From assembly GCA_030835085.1 (NCBI GenBank), contig JAUQWQ010000158.1, positions 1,125 through 65,124 on the forward strand: 64,000 nucleotides of DNA. The letters run 5' to 3'. Every line of letters starts with the position of its first letter. Positions within the stretch are counted from its first letter, which is position 1. Of the stretch, positions 1 to 9,847 are shown piece after piece. Under the pieces are notes generated by a model, which searched no databases, was not told where the DNA came from, and saw only the letters and a list, made by a program, of their open reading frames with translations. The position numbers were made by a program, and so were the translations under genes. Source of the stretch: Ignavibacteria bacterium. GTDB lineage: Bacteria; Bacteroidota; Ignavibacteria; Tepidaquicellales; OLB5.

Positions 1-44
1 CAGATAAGATAATAGAAATTATTAAGAACGGGAATTAGTATATC

Positions 45-1463
45 TTGACGGATTTCATAGGATCAAATATTATATTAAAAAGAATATCAAGAATTGCAGT
101 TAAAGCTGATATTCAGGCTTTTGTTGTCGGCGGTTATGTAAGGGATAAGCTTTTAGGTCTTGATAAAACTGATATTGATATTACGGTAGTCGGAGATGGA
201 ATTGCGTTTGCTGAGGTTGTTGCTAAAGACTATAATCAAAATCTATCAGCTGTATATAAAAAATTCGGTACTGCCCTGCTTGAAATTAATGATACCAAAA
301 TAGAATTTGCAACAGCCAGAAAAGAAAGTTACAACATTAATTCGCGCAAACCTATTGTTGAATATGCTGATCTGACCGAAGACCTATCAAGGCGTGACTT
401 CACGGTCAATGCCTTGGCGGTATCACTGAATAACGATAAAAATGAAGTAATTGATATGTTTGAGGGTCTTACAGACCTGAAGGAAAAAGTGCTTCGCACT
501 CCTTTGGAGCCTGAAAAGACATTCAGTGATGATCCATTGAGAATGATGCGCGCATGCAGATTTGCTTCTCAGCTTGGTTTTGAAATAGCGGGTGATACAT
601 TCCATGCGATGAAGCTGATGAAAGAAAGACTCCGAATTACAGCAGGTGAAGATACAGTTGTATCACAGGAGAGAATAACAGATGAGTTCCTTAAGATAAT
701 AGCATCTCCAAAACCTTCAATAGGTTTAAGCAGACTGTTCAAATCAGGTTTAATGGAGATCATATTTCCTGAAGTGAATAATCTTGAAGGAATTGACCAG
801 CGAAAAGACTTTCACCATAAAGATGTTTTCTGGCATACGCTGCAGGTTGTAGATAATATTTCAGCAAGGACAGATAAACTATGGCTGCGTTTTGCCGCAC
901 TGATGCATGATATTGCCAAGCCTCCCACCAAGAGGTTTGTTGAAGGAACCGGGTGGACCTTCCACGGGCACGAAGATCTTGGGGCACGCTGGCAGAAAAA
1001 GATATTTGCCCGAATGAAGCTGCCATTTGATAAATTACCATATGTGGAAAAGCTAGTTAGACTCCACCTTCGTCCAATTGCCCTTGTAAATGAACAGGTT
1101 ACTGATTCCGCAATTCGCCGCCTGATATTTGATGCCGGAGATGATATCGAGGATCTGTTTACCTTATGCAGGGCAGATATTACTTCAAAAGACCCTTCTA
1201 AAGTTAAAAAGTATCTTGAGAATTTTGATAAAGTTGAAAAGAAAGTAGCCGAAGTTGAAGAGCGTGATAAAATACGCAACTTCCAGTCACCTGTAAGAGG
1301 CGAAGAGATAATGAAGATATGTAATCTACAACCTTCAAGGGCTGTAGGTATGCTTAAAACTGCCATTGAAGAAGCAATACTGGATGGTGTTATACCCAAT
1401 GATTATGATGCGGCTTTGGACTATTTGTATAAAATAAAAGATGATGTGCTTGCTAAGCAGTAA
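45..1463 (+). CDS. cca: CCA-adding tRNA nucleotidyltransferase / poly(A) polymerase family protein with HD domain
   Basis: 472-aa ORF with TTG start. N-terminal nucleotidyltransferase signature GGYVRDKLLG...DIDI and RRDFTVNA. C-terminal HD-type region (HDIAKP, HGHEDLG). Confidence 0.85.
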   Translation: MTDFIGSNIILKRISRIAVKADIQAFVVGGYVRDKLLGLDKTDIDITVVGDGIAFAEVVAKDYNQNLSAVYKKFGTALLEINDTKIEFATARKESYNINSRKPIVEYADLTEDLSRRDFTVNALAVSLNNDKNEVIDMFEGLTDLKEKVLRTPLEPEKTFSDDPLRMMRACRFASQLGFEIAGDTFHAMKLMKERLRITAGEDTVVSQERITDEFLKIIASPKPSIGLSRLFKSGLMEIIFPEVNNLEGIDQRKDFHHKDVFWHTLQVVDNISARTDKLWLRFAALMHDIAKPPTKRFVEGTGWTFHGHEDLGARWQKKIFARMKLPFDKLPYVEKLVRLHLRPIALVNEQVTDSAIRRLIFDAGDDIEDLFTLCRADITSKDPSKVKKYLENFDKVEKKVAEVEERDKIRNFQSPVRGEEIMKICNLQPSRAVGMLKTAIEEAILDGVIPNDYDAALDYLYKIKDDVLAKQ

Positions 1464-1531
1464 TGCTCCGGCTGGATGCTCTTATTCATCATGTTGCACG
1501 CTGAAAACAAGTACTTCGTTCAGGTTTTAAC

Positions 1532-2458
1532 TTACCCTCTCGGATGGAATTCCTTATGAACCTGTTTTAAATATGAAATATCGACGTGAGTGTAAATTTG
1601 TGTTGTGCTGATATCAGCATGACCCAGCATTTCCTGTATGCTGCGCAGGTCTGCGCCGCCTTCAAGCAAGTGTGTCGCAAATGAGTGCCTGAATATATGC
1701 GGGTGAATTTTCTTGGCAATTTTCGCCATCTTTGAGTATTTACTGATTATATCCCATATCGCCATTCTTGAAAGTGACTTACCCCGCCAGTTCAGGAAAA
1801 GGTAATCCTCAGAATATGGTTTTGCAAGCGTACTTCTTGATTTGGTAATATAAAGCTTTATCCATTCAAGTGTAGATGAAGCTATTGGTACAATCCTCTC
1901 TTTTGAACCTTTCCCTATAACCCGGACCACTTCATCTTCATACAGAACATTGGAAGTTTTGATAGTCAATACTTCGCTTACCCTTAAGCCGCAGGCATAC
2001 ATAACTTCAAGTATGGTTTTATCACGTAAACCCAAAGGAGTGTTCACATCTGGCTCTGAAAGGATTTTTTCAATTTCTTCTATAGTCAATACATCAGGCA
2101 AAGAGCGGGTTAATTTGGGTGAATCGAAAAATTCCAGCGGATTTAATTTAATACTGTATGATTTGGTATCAATTAAATATTCATAAAACTGCCTGAGTGA
2201 TGAGAGCAGCCTCGCAGTAGATGAAGCTTTATATTCTTTTTTAAGCAGCGCAAGGAATTTTTCTATATGAGTATCCTTAACATCTTCAAATCCATTTAAC
2301 TCCTGTTCCTCTATAAACAGTCTGAATTTTTCGAGATCAAAAGCATATGAATTAATTGTATTGGCTGAAAGAGAACGTTCTAATTCTAAATACAGTAAAA
2401 ATCCCTGCACCTGTGAAAGTTTCACATCCTTTACTGCAGAGAGGTCAGTCTTCTTCAT
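1532..2458 (-). CDS. xerD: site-specific tyrosine recombinase XerD/XerC
   Basis: Catalytic C-terminus GLRVSE...HIFRHSFATHLLEGGADLRSIQEMLGHADISTTQIYTHV and N-terminal core-binding domain (LELERSLSANTINSYAFDL). ATG at 2458 is preferred over the TTG at 2500 in the ORF track because it overlaps the upstream gene less. Confidence 0.85.
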   Translation of the reverse strand: MKKTDLSAVKDVKLSQVQGFLLYLELERSLSANTINSYAFDLEKFRLFIEEQELNGFEDVKDTHIEKFLALLKKEYKASSTARLLSSLRQFYEYLIDTKSYSIKLNPLEFFDSPKLTRSLPDVLTIEEIEKILSEPDVNTPLGLRDKTILEVMYACGLRVSEVLTIKTSNVLYEDEVVRVIGKGSKERIVPIASSTLEWIKLYITKSRSTLAKPYSEDYLFLNWRGKSLSRMAIWDIISKYSKMAKIAKKIHPHIFRHSFATHLLEGGADLRSIQEMLGHADISTTQIYTHVDISYLKQVHKEFHPRG

Positions 2459-4670
2459 CGGCTGTTTCAGGGTACTTAATTCTGTGGTGATGAATTCCAA
2501 CTATTGTTTTCAGGAAACTTTGTTTTATTTTGATAAGATCCTTAAGAGTAAGGTCACATTCATCCAGTTCTCCGTCAAGGAATCTCGCGCGGATAATTTC
2601 ACTGATCTGTGTTTCCAGCTTCGCAGGTGTCGGGTCTTCAATTGAGCGGGTGGCTGCCTCAACGGAATCAGCAAGCATTACAATACCTGTTTCTTTGGTC
2701 TGGGGCTTTGGCCCCGGGTAACGGTAAATGTATTCATGACTGGTATCTATTTCACCTTCATCTGTCCGTGCCTTTTCATAAAAATACGATACAAGGTTAG
2801 TTCCATGATGCATAGGAATAAAATTAATTATCTCCCTGGGCAGACGGAATCTTTCTGCAAGCTTAATGCCGTTTTTCACATGGGCAATTATCATTTTAGC
2901 GCTAAGTGATGGGTTAAGCTCTTCGTGTTTGTTGGAATCCATCTGGTTTTCCACGAAATAATCGGGATTGACTATCTTTCCTATATCATGGTAATAACAG
3001 CCAACCCGCGCGAGAATCTGGTTTGCTCCAATTTCTTTTGCAGCCTGTTCAGATAGATTACCCATAATTATGGAATGGTGGAATGTGCCTGGTGCTTTGG
3101 AGGAAAGATCCCGCAGCAGCGGATTGTTAAAATCGCTCAATTCAAGAAATACCAGGTCAGTTGCCACGCGAAATACTTTTTCATAGAAAATTAACAGCCC
3201 GTAAGCAAGAATTGGGGAAAGAATTGCGTTCAGACCCGCCCCGATAAGCTGGTTCTTTACAATATTAATATCATCATAGCGCTCAAGTCCTATAGCAATG
3301 ATAGCCACAAAATACCCGATTAATATATAAATCATTGAAACAAAGATCTGAGATCGTTTTTTAATATCGCGCACTGAATAAACCACAAGTACTGATGCAG
3401 CAAAATTAGGTATCAAAATATCATAATCACCGCCTCTTACAGCTGAAACAAGAATGCAAATTACCATTATAGCATATACTGCCACACGTGAATCAAAAAT
3501 TATAGTAAGCAGCATAGCTGCAACAGGCACAAAAATAATATATTCTATTGGGTAATTAATTTTAAGCTGCAGGCTTAAATAAGAAAGAAGGCATTGAAGC
3601 AGAATGATAGTTGAAATGAGTATCAGCTTCATGTTATCTTCAAAGATGGAGAGCCTCATTTTATAAAGGAATATCCCAAGCAGGAATATCATTAGCGTTA
3701 CAAACAGGAAACGGCCAAGCTGCTGAAGATAAAAATCACTTGAGCCCATTTGCTCATTCCTGATCCGCTTATATGATTCAAGTTTTAGCTTAGCTGCTTC
3801 ATTGATAGGTTCATGTTTGCTTATAATCCTCTCATTTTCACGTACTAAACCGAAAGTCTTGGGCACCGCTTCTGTAACCGAGGTAAGGATCTTCTGAGTT
3901 TCCGGTTCATTATAAATGAAATCAGGGTAAACATACAGTCTGGCAATTTTAAAAGAAACACCGGCAAGCTCAGGATTCTTATAAAAACTTGTGAAATCAT
4001 TATTCAGGATCTTTTCAACTTCTGAAATATCCCGAACTTCGTTCAGATCAATGCTTTCTTCAACTTTATTTTTAATAAAAGATATTTTACCTGATGTGAT
4101 CCTTGATTTTGGAAGGTCAATAATTTTTTTATCATAAACCTGGTTTAAAGATTGTATTATCTTCTTTTTAAATGCATCGGAAACCGCTGGATTATTCAGA
4201 GTACTTCTAATACTGCTCCATTCAGCTTCGGTTAATGTAAAACTTAATTCTGATTTTAGTTTATTTAAAGCCTGCTCATTTGTAGTACGTTTTTCTTCAG
4301 GGAGTGATTTTTCCTTTTCGAATTCACTTTCATAACCGGCAATCCTGGTAAGTTTTGTAAACTGGGAGTTAATCGAGTCCAGCCAGTTGCCTGAGCCGTT
4401 CCTTTGAATATTAACATCAAATAACGGAAAAACCCTGGATGCAGCGTCATCAACTTCCTTTTTATAAACCGTTTCACTTTTATAAACCGGGAAACTGAAA
4501 GGAGCGATAAGATCTTCTTTGCTCCAAACCATACCGGTCATATAATCGGTTTCAATCGTTTCGTATTTTGGAAACATTGCAGTTATTAATATAACTGTAA
4601 TAAAGGCAATGAAGAATTTAACCGTTTTATCGGATTTAAACTCTGTTTTATTTTTACTGAGTTTTGCCAA
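2445..4670 (-). CDS. 7TM-receptor HD-domain phosphohydrolase (PgpH/YqfF-like, candidate cyclic-di-AMP phosphodiesterase)
   Basis: 741 aa. Long extracytoplasmic N-domain, about 7 TM helices in the middle, C-terminal HD domain (HHSIIMGNL, YYHDIGK, MHHG). TTG start. The next in-frame Met would delete the first TM helix. Confidence 0.85.
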   Translation of the reverse strand: MAKLSKNKTEFKSDKTVKFFIAFITVILITAMFPKYETIETDYMTGMVWSKEDLIAPFSFPVYKSETVYKKEVDDAASRVFPLFDVNIQRNGSGNWLDSINSQFTKLTRIAGYESEFEKEKSLPEEKRTTNEQALNKLKSELSFTLTEAEWSSIRSTLNNPAVSDAFKKKIIQSLNQVYDKKIIDLPKSRITSGKISFIKNKVEESIDLNEVRDISEVEKILNNDFTSFYKNPELAGVSFKIARLYVYPDFIYNEPETQKILTSVTEAVPKTFGLVRENERIISKHEPINEAAKLKLESYKRIRNEQMGSSDFYLQQLGRFLFVTLMIFLLGIFLYKMRLSIFEDNMKLILISTIILLQCLLSYLSLQLKINYPIEYIIFVPVAAMLLTIIFDSRVAVYAIMVICILVSAVRGGDYDILIPNFAASVLVVYSVRDIKKRSQIFVSMIYILIGYFVAIIAIGLERYDDINIVKNQLIGAGLNAILSPILAYGLLIFYEKVFRVATDLVFLELSDFNNPLLRDLSSKAPGTFHHSIIMGNLSEQAAKEIGANQILARVGCYYHDIGKIVNPDYFVENQMDSNKHEELNPSLSAKMIIAHVKNGIKLAERFRLPREIINFIPMHHGTNLVSYFYEKARTDEGEIDTSHEYIYRYPGPKPQTKETGIVMLADSVEAATRSIEDPTPAKLETQISEIIRARFLDGELDECDLTLKDLIKIKQSFLKTIVGIHHHRIKYPETADEED

Positions 4671-4792
4671 ATTTAATTTGATATTTCCGGACTAAATTAA
4701 CAATAAAAATGTTTTTTAAGTGTCCAGATATAAAGGTATACGCGCTTAATTGCCGTTTCGCATATTATACCGGGAGATGAAGAAAATAGTAA

Positions 4793-5092
4793 CTAATTCA
4801 CTTCGTAAAAAGTGGAATACCTTGTTTTCCCGTCAACAAACTGGCTTAAGATCTTGGTTGTCAGGCTGTAAATGGTATCATCCATTTCATCTTCCAGGCC
4901 TTCAAATTCAGCTTCATCTTTTAGAATATAAACTTCTGTAAAACTGTTAGTTTTATTCTTATCTTCAACAACCATATAATTATGGTCAGTATGTGATTTC
5001 ATGTAAGCTTCAAGTTCTTTTATCGTAACCAGATAATCATCCCTTTTTTCGGGATGTACATCGTAATTAATTTGAAATAATATTTTACTCAT
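4793..5092 (-). CDS. hypothetical small cytoplasmic protein (99 aa, acidic)
   Basis: Clean ORF with ATG start and protein-like, non-repetitive composition. No motif recognised. Confidence 0.5.
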   Translation of the reverse strand: MSKILFQINYDVHPEKRDDYLVTIKELEAYMKSHTDHNYMVVEDKNKTNSFTEVYILKDEAEFEGLEDEMDDTIYSLTTKILSQFVDGKTRYSTFYEVN

Positions 5093-5403
5093 AATAATGT
5101 AATATAATTTTCTCCTTTTTTAATTGAAAGTGCAAAAATTTTTGATATGAAGAAAATATTTTATGTCAAAAATATGCTTTTTTAATTTAATTTCTTAAAC
5201 TGAACCTATTGTATATCCAGTATCATAATTTATAGAATTCCCTTCGTTAAATGCTGTTAAATATAGCTTTAGATGCGATGATTAATATTTATTAATTGGT
5301 TTTTTTATGAATAGGTTTTTGTTAACTTTGTAATACCGGTTTAATTCATTTTTTGAAATTTCTGAATGTATAATTAAATTTACGAAGAATAAGTACAGAA
5401 CAT

Positions 5404-7299
5404 ATACATAATCCCGCTGAACAAGACAGCACGACAAAGAGAAACTACAAATACCTGCTATATCTTTCATTAGGAGCATTAGGCGTTGTTTACGGCGATA
5501 TCGGAACAAGTCCTTTATATGCTCTCAAAGAGTGTTTTTCACCTGCTCACGGTGTACCTCCTACTCATGATAATGTTCTTGGTGTTCTATCGCTGGTTTT
5601 TTGGGCACTCATTATTGTAATTTGCGTTAAGTATCTTATAATTGTAATGCGTGCTGATAATGAAGGCGAAGGCGGAATACTGGCATTGATGGAACTTGTC
5701 AGACCGCGTAAACAAGGCTGGGGATTTATGATAATCATTAGTCTTGGACTATTTGGCGCTGCATTACTATACGGTGACGGAATCATTACCCCTGCAATTT
5801 CTGTCCTGTCCGCAGTTGAAGGTTTACAGATTGCAACACCAGCTTTCGAACATTATGTAATCCCGATCACGATAATAATACTTTTTCTATTGTTTTATTT
5901 TCAGAAAAGAGGGACAGGAAAAGTGGGGTCAGTTTTTGGTCCCATTATGATCATATGGTTCATTTCGATAGCAATACTTGGAGTAAGTGCTATCATTAAG
6001 AATCCTGAAGTGTTACATGCAGTATATCCAACGTATGCCTATAGTTTCTTTATAAATAACGGTTTCCACGGATTTGTTATACTTGGTTCTGTATTTCTGG
6101 TTGTTACAGGAGGAGAAGCCTTATACGCTGATATGGGGCATTTCGGTCCCAGACCAATTCGGTATGCATGGTTCATAATAGTTCTACCATGCCTTCTTAT
6201 GAACTACTTCGGGCAAGGTGCAATGATGCTGCAGAATCCGGAAGCTGCAAAGAGCCCTTTTTATTTCCTGGCACCCGATTGGGCACTTTACCCTATGGTA
6301 GTAATATCAACATTAGCAACAGTGATTGCATCCCAGGCACTCATATCCGGAGCATTTTCAATAACTCAACAGGCATTACAATTAGGTTATCTTCCCCGAG
6401 TAAGAATAATACATACATCCCAGGAAGAAAGAGGACAAATTTATATTCCTCAGCTTAATTGGCTGTTGTTCATTGGTACAATAATGCTCGTATTAAGTTT
6501 TAAAACTTCAAGTAATCTTGCAGCAGCGTATGGTATTGCGGTAACATCAACAATGGTAATAACAACTATTCTGGCATTTGTAGCAATGACCAAACTGTGG
6601 AAATGGTCAGTACCGCTTGCAATACTGATCTCGGTATTTTTTATTGTTATTGATCTTGCTTTCTGGGGAGCAAACCTGCTGAAGATACTACACGGAGGCT
6701 GGGTTCCGCTGGTGATTGGAATGGTTATTTACACTATAATGACAACCTGGAACTGGGGACGCAAAATTTTACTGCATAAAATTGAAGAAGAAACACAGCC
6801 AATTGAGAACTTTATAGATGAAGTAATGAGTGTAAGGCTTGTTTCAACGCCGGGTACTGCAATATATATGTCAAGTAACCCTAAAGGCACTCCTCCTGCA
6901 CTGGTAAAGAACATGAAACACAACAGGGTGCTTCACAAACAAATAATAGTGCTGAGTATAATTTTTAAAAAAGTGCCTCATATAAATATTGAAGATGGCA
7001 TAGAGATACAGAATCCGACTGATGGTTTTTTCAGGGTAATTGCTTCATACGGTTTTATGGATAACGCAAATATACACCAGATAATTGATGTACTCAATAA
7101 AAGCGGCATGCAGATCAATATGAACAAAACAACTTTCTTCCTTGGAAGAGAACTTTTGGTTGCAAAGGAAAAATACGGCTTATTAAGAGTACGCAAAAAG
7201 CTATTCATACTTCTTTCAAGAAACTCTCAGCGCGTAACTGAATTTTTTAATATTCCCAATGACAGGGTGTTTGAAGTTGGATCACAAATAGAAATTTAA
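5404..7299 (+). CDS. kup: Kup/HAK/KT-family potassium uptake transporter
   Basis: GALGVVYGDIGTSPLY, ADNEGEGGILAL and GGEALYADMGHFG motifs. Polytopic N-domain plus cytoplasmic C-domain. The ORF-track start (ATG 5647) removes about 80 conserved residues that are in frame upstream. The 5' end is placed provisionally at in-frame ATA 5404 (see finding). Confidence 0.85.
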   Translation: MHNPAEQDSTTKRNYKYLLYLSLGALGVVYGDIGTSPLYALKECFSPAHGVPPTHDNVLGVLSLVFWALIIVICVKYLIIVMRADNEGEGGILALMELVRPRKQGWGFMIIISLGLFGAALLYGDGIITPAISVLSAVEGLQIATPAFEHYVIPITIIILFLLFYFQKRGTGKVGSVFGPIMIIWFISIAILGVSAIIKNPEVLHAVYPTYAYSFFINNGFHGFVILGSVFLVVTGGEALYADMGHFGPRPIRYAWFIIVLPCLLMNYFGQGAMMLQNPEAAKSPFYFLAPDWALYPMVVISTLATVIASQALISGAFSITQQALQLGYLPRVRIIHTSQEERGQIYIPQLNWLLFIGTIMLVLSFKTSSNLAAAYGIAVTSTMVITTILAFVAMTKLWKWSVPLAILISVFFIVIDLAFWGANLLKILHGGWVPLVIGMVIYTIMTTWNWGRKILLHKIEEETQPIENFIDEVMSVRLVSTPGTAIYMSSNPKGTPPALVKNMKHNRVLHKQIIVLSIIFKKVPHINIEDGIEIQNPTDGFFRVIASYGFMDNANIHQIIDVLNKSGMQINMNKTTFFLGRELLVAKEKYGLLRVRKKLFILLSRNSQRVTEFFNIPNDRVFEVGSQIEI

Positions 7300-7674
7300 T
7301 CAGTAACCTGCAGCTCTTACCTGGTCCTCATCCATTCCAAAATAATGCGCAATTTCGTGAATAAGCACTTCTTTTATCTTCTCTCTTAATTCTGCTTCCG
7401 TGTTACAATATCTCTCGATATTCTTCTGAAACAGAATAATCCTGTCCGGCGTAGTATTCATATAATATGTATTTCTATTTGTGTAAGGAACCCCTGAATA
7501 AATACCGAGCAGCGAATACATGTCAGTCAGCCCAACTCTTCCCAGATCTGATTCACTGGGATAAGGTTCAACCATAAACACAAGATTTTCGATCTTATCT
7601 TTAAAAGGGGCTGGGATAGTATGCAATGCTTCCTCCATCAAATCTCCGAATTGTTCTTCGCTGACTGATATCAT
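7300..7674 (-). CDS. small zincin-like metallopeptidase family protein
   Basis: 124 aa with a C-terminal HEIAHYFG (HExxH) zinc site. ATGA start/stop overlap with the upstream gene. Confidence 0.7.
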   Translation of the reverse strand: MISVSEEQFGDLMEEALHTIPAPFKDKIENLVFMVEPYPSESDLGRVGLTDMYSLLGIYSGVPYTNRNTYYMNTTPDRIILFQKNIERYCNTEAELREKIKEVLIHEIAHYFGMDEDQVRAAGY

Positions 7675-8381
7675 TTATTCCCTTCTTTCACAAACGGCTG
7701 TGATATATTAACAATTCTGAACTTTTCGCTGTACTTATATTTTTTTGTGTATTGAGAAAGATGTTTTTTAACCCAATCACTCATACTATTATGCTCGCTA
7801 TATTGTGACCGGTGCGCTTCAATAAGTTTTATCTTATCATTAATTAATGACGTAATATTTTCAAAATGATTTGGTTTATCGCATCCAAAGAACCAGAACT
7901 TCTTAACTGAATGAGATATACCCGGAATTAGATACCTGTTTCTGGCTGCAAATACGGCATCAAAAACAGCTTCGGCTATCACCCTGTGATCTCTGTGAAG
8001 CAGATTCACACTTTCAAATGATTTATTCGAAGGGTCAAAAGAAAAAATTATTTCCGGTTTAACTTTTTTAATTATAACGGCAATTTGTTCTCTTAGTTTG
8101 TCATCATACTTGAGAAAACAGTCTTTATGGTTCAAGAAGAATACTTTTTTAACACCAAGTATTTTGGCTGCCATCAGCTGTTCATTATGCCTGGTTTTAA
8201 CTCTCACTGAACGTGGTTTATGATCTATCTTAAAACCATTTTCCCCATTTGTTGCTACAATAAAATAGATATCATAACCAAGTTTTTTGAATTTGAACAT
8301 TGTTCCCCCCGCAGCGAATTCAATGTCATCAGGGTGGGCTGATATTGCAAGCAATACTTTATTCTGTGTGGTACCTGTCAA
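7671..8381 (-). CDS. PIG-L/LmbE-family N-acetylglucosaminyl deacetylase
   Basis: AHPDDIEFAAGGT and HRDH motifs; 236 aa. Confidence 0.8.
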   Translation of the reverse strand: MTGTTQNKVLLAISAHPDDIEFAAGGTMFKFKKLGYDIYFIVATNGENGFKIDHKPRSVRVKTRHNEQLMAAKILGVKKVFFLNHKDCFLKYDDKLREQIAVIIKKVKPEIIFSFDPSNKSFESVNLLHRDHRVIAEAVFDAVFAARNRYLIPGISHSVKKFWFFGCDKPNHFENITSLINDKIKLIEAHRSQYSEHNSMSDWVKKHLSQYTKKYKYSEKFRIVNISQPFVKEGNK

Positions 8382-9102
8382 GTTTAAATGTCTCTCCTAA
8401 ATATAATTTTCTAACCATTTCATCTCCCGCAAGTTGTTCTGATGAACCCTGACGGAATATTTTACCTTCAATAAGTATGTAACCTCTATCTACAATTGAA
8501 AGAGTTTCATGTACATTATGATCCGTTATCAAAACTCCTATGCCCTTATTTTTCAGTTTTGCCACAATTTTCATTATTTCTTCAACTGCAATGGGGTCAA
8601 TTCCCGCAAAGGGTTCATCAAGAAGAATGAACTTCGGGTCCGACGCAATCGCGCGGGCAATTTCAGTTCTTCTTCTTTCACCGCCTGAGAGAACAAAACC
8701 CTTGCTTGATGCAATATGCGAGATACCAAATTCTTTCATTAACTCATTTGCTTTATCTTCTCTATCGGCTTTATCCATGGACATAAACTCCAGAACTGAA
8801 TATATGTTCTGATAAACAGTCATTTTCCTGAATATTGAAGCTTCCTGGGGAAGGTAACCAATTCCAAGTCTTGCCCTTTTATACATAGGTTCGTTTGAAA
8901 TATCATCTCCATCAAGCAGTATTTCACCGGAATTTGGTTTGATCATACCTGTTATCATGTAAAAAGTAGTTGTTTTACCTGCACCATTCGGTCCAAGCAG
9001 ACCAACTATTTCACCCTGTTTTACTGAAACAGTTACACCGTCAACAACAGCACGTTTGCTGTATTGTTTTACCAGTTCATTTGCTTTTAGAATTGAAGGC
9101 AC
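8359..9102 (-). CDS. lptB: LPS export ABC transporter ATP-binding protein LptB
   Basis: Walker A GPNGAGKTT, signature LSGGERRR, Walker B ILLDEPFAG and H-loop. The 247-aa length and C-terminal extension are typical of LptB. Confidence 0.85.
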   Translation of the reverse strand: MPSILKANELVKQYSKRAVVDGVTVSVKQGEIVGLLGPNGAGKTTTFYMITGMIKPNSGEILLDGDDISNEPMYKRARLGIGYLPQEASIFRKMTVYQNIYSVLEFMSMDKADREDKANELMKEFGISHIASSKGFVLSGGERRRTEIARAIASDPKFILLDEPFAGIDPIAVEEIMKIVAKLKNKGIGVLITDHNVHETLSIVDRGYILIEGKIFRQGSSEQLAGDEMVRKLYLGETFKLDRYHTE

Positions 9103-9106
9103 TGAC

Positions 9107-9847
9107 TCAGTTCCTTATCTTTTTAATTTTAAATAAAAGCTCATCCAGAATTTCACCGCTTTTGCCAGTAAGGATCTCATCAAGCTCTATGGAAATTGCT
9201 GTTGGTTTAGTATTTATTTCAATAACATATGCACCTGCCCTTTTGGCTATGATAGGAAGCATGGCTGCAGGATACACTTCAGCCGAAGTACCAATTGTAA
9301 AGAAAACATCGGCATTTGCCGCACTTTCTTCAGCTTTACGGAGCTCATTCACAGGCAGCATTTCACCAAACCATACAACATCCGGCCTGATAAGTCCCCC
9401 GCATTTTTCACATTTCAGAACTTTCTTTTCATTCAGATCAACTTCCTCATAAAATGTTCTGCACTTCATGCAGAAATTTCTTTCAATATTGCCATGAAGT
9501 TCTGTGACTTTTTTACTTCCGGCCCTGAAATGAAGGTTATCTATGTTTTGTGTTATAAGATTGAAATTCGGGAAAACATTTTCCATTTCTGCAAGTGCAA
9601 TATGTCCCTTGTTCGGTTTTACATCTCTCATAATTTCACGTCTGTGCTGGTACCAGCTCCATACAAAATCAGGATCATTCATAAATGCATCAAAATTCGC
9701 AAGCTGTTCCGGTTTAAATTTTTCCCAAATACCACCCGGGTCCCGGAATGTTGGCACTCCGCTTTCAGCCGATACTCCTGCACCGGTAAGTACAGCAACA
9801 TTTCCAGCTTTTTTAAGTTCCGCAAGAAGTCTTTCTGAGAAAATCAC
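9107..9847 (-). CDS. cobB: NAD-dependent protein deacylase, Sir2 family
   Basis: GAGVSAESGVPTFR, QNIDNLH and a Zn ribbon (CMKC...CEKC). The GTG start shares one nt with the pdxJ stop. Confidence 0.9.
   Translation of the reverse strand: MIFSERLLAELKKAGNVAVLTGAGVSAESGVPTFRDPGGIWEKFKPEQLANFDAFMNDPDFVWSWYQHRREIMRDVKPNKGHIALAEMENVFPNFNLITQNIDNLHFRAGSKKVTELHGNIERNFCMKCRTFYEEVDLNEKKVLKCEKCGGLIRPDVVWFGEMLPVNELRKAEESAANADVFFTIGTSAEVYPAAMLPIIAKRAGAYVIEINTKPTAISIELDEILTGKSGEILDELLFKIKKIRN

Noticed and set aside
3-38. Possible 3' end of an upstream plus-strand gene (...DKIIEIIKNGN-stop) at the window edge.
   Set aside because: Only 12 codons are visible, so it cannot be supported from this window alone.
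1532-2458. The tyrosine recombinase could be the integrase of a genomic island or mobile element.
   Set aside because: The sequence and length fit chromosomal XerD. It overlaps a housekeeping gene in an operon-like arrangement. No flanking tRNA, direct repeats or cargo genes are present.
5093-5400. Possible c-di-AMP (ydaO/kimA-type) riboswitch upstream of kup.
   Set aside because: The region is uniformly AT-rich and lacks the GC-rich pseudo-symmetric helices and ACGGGG-type conserved cores.
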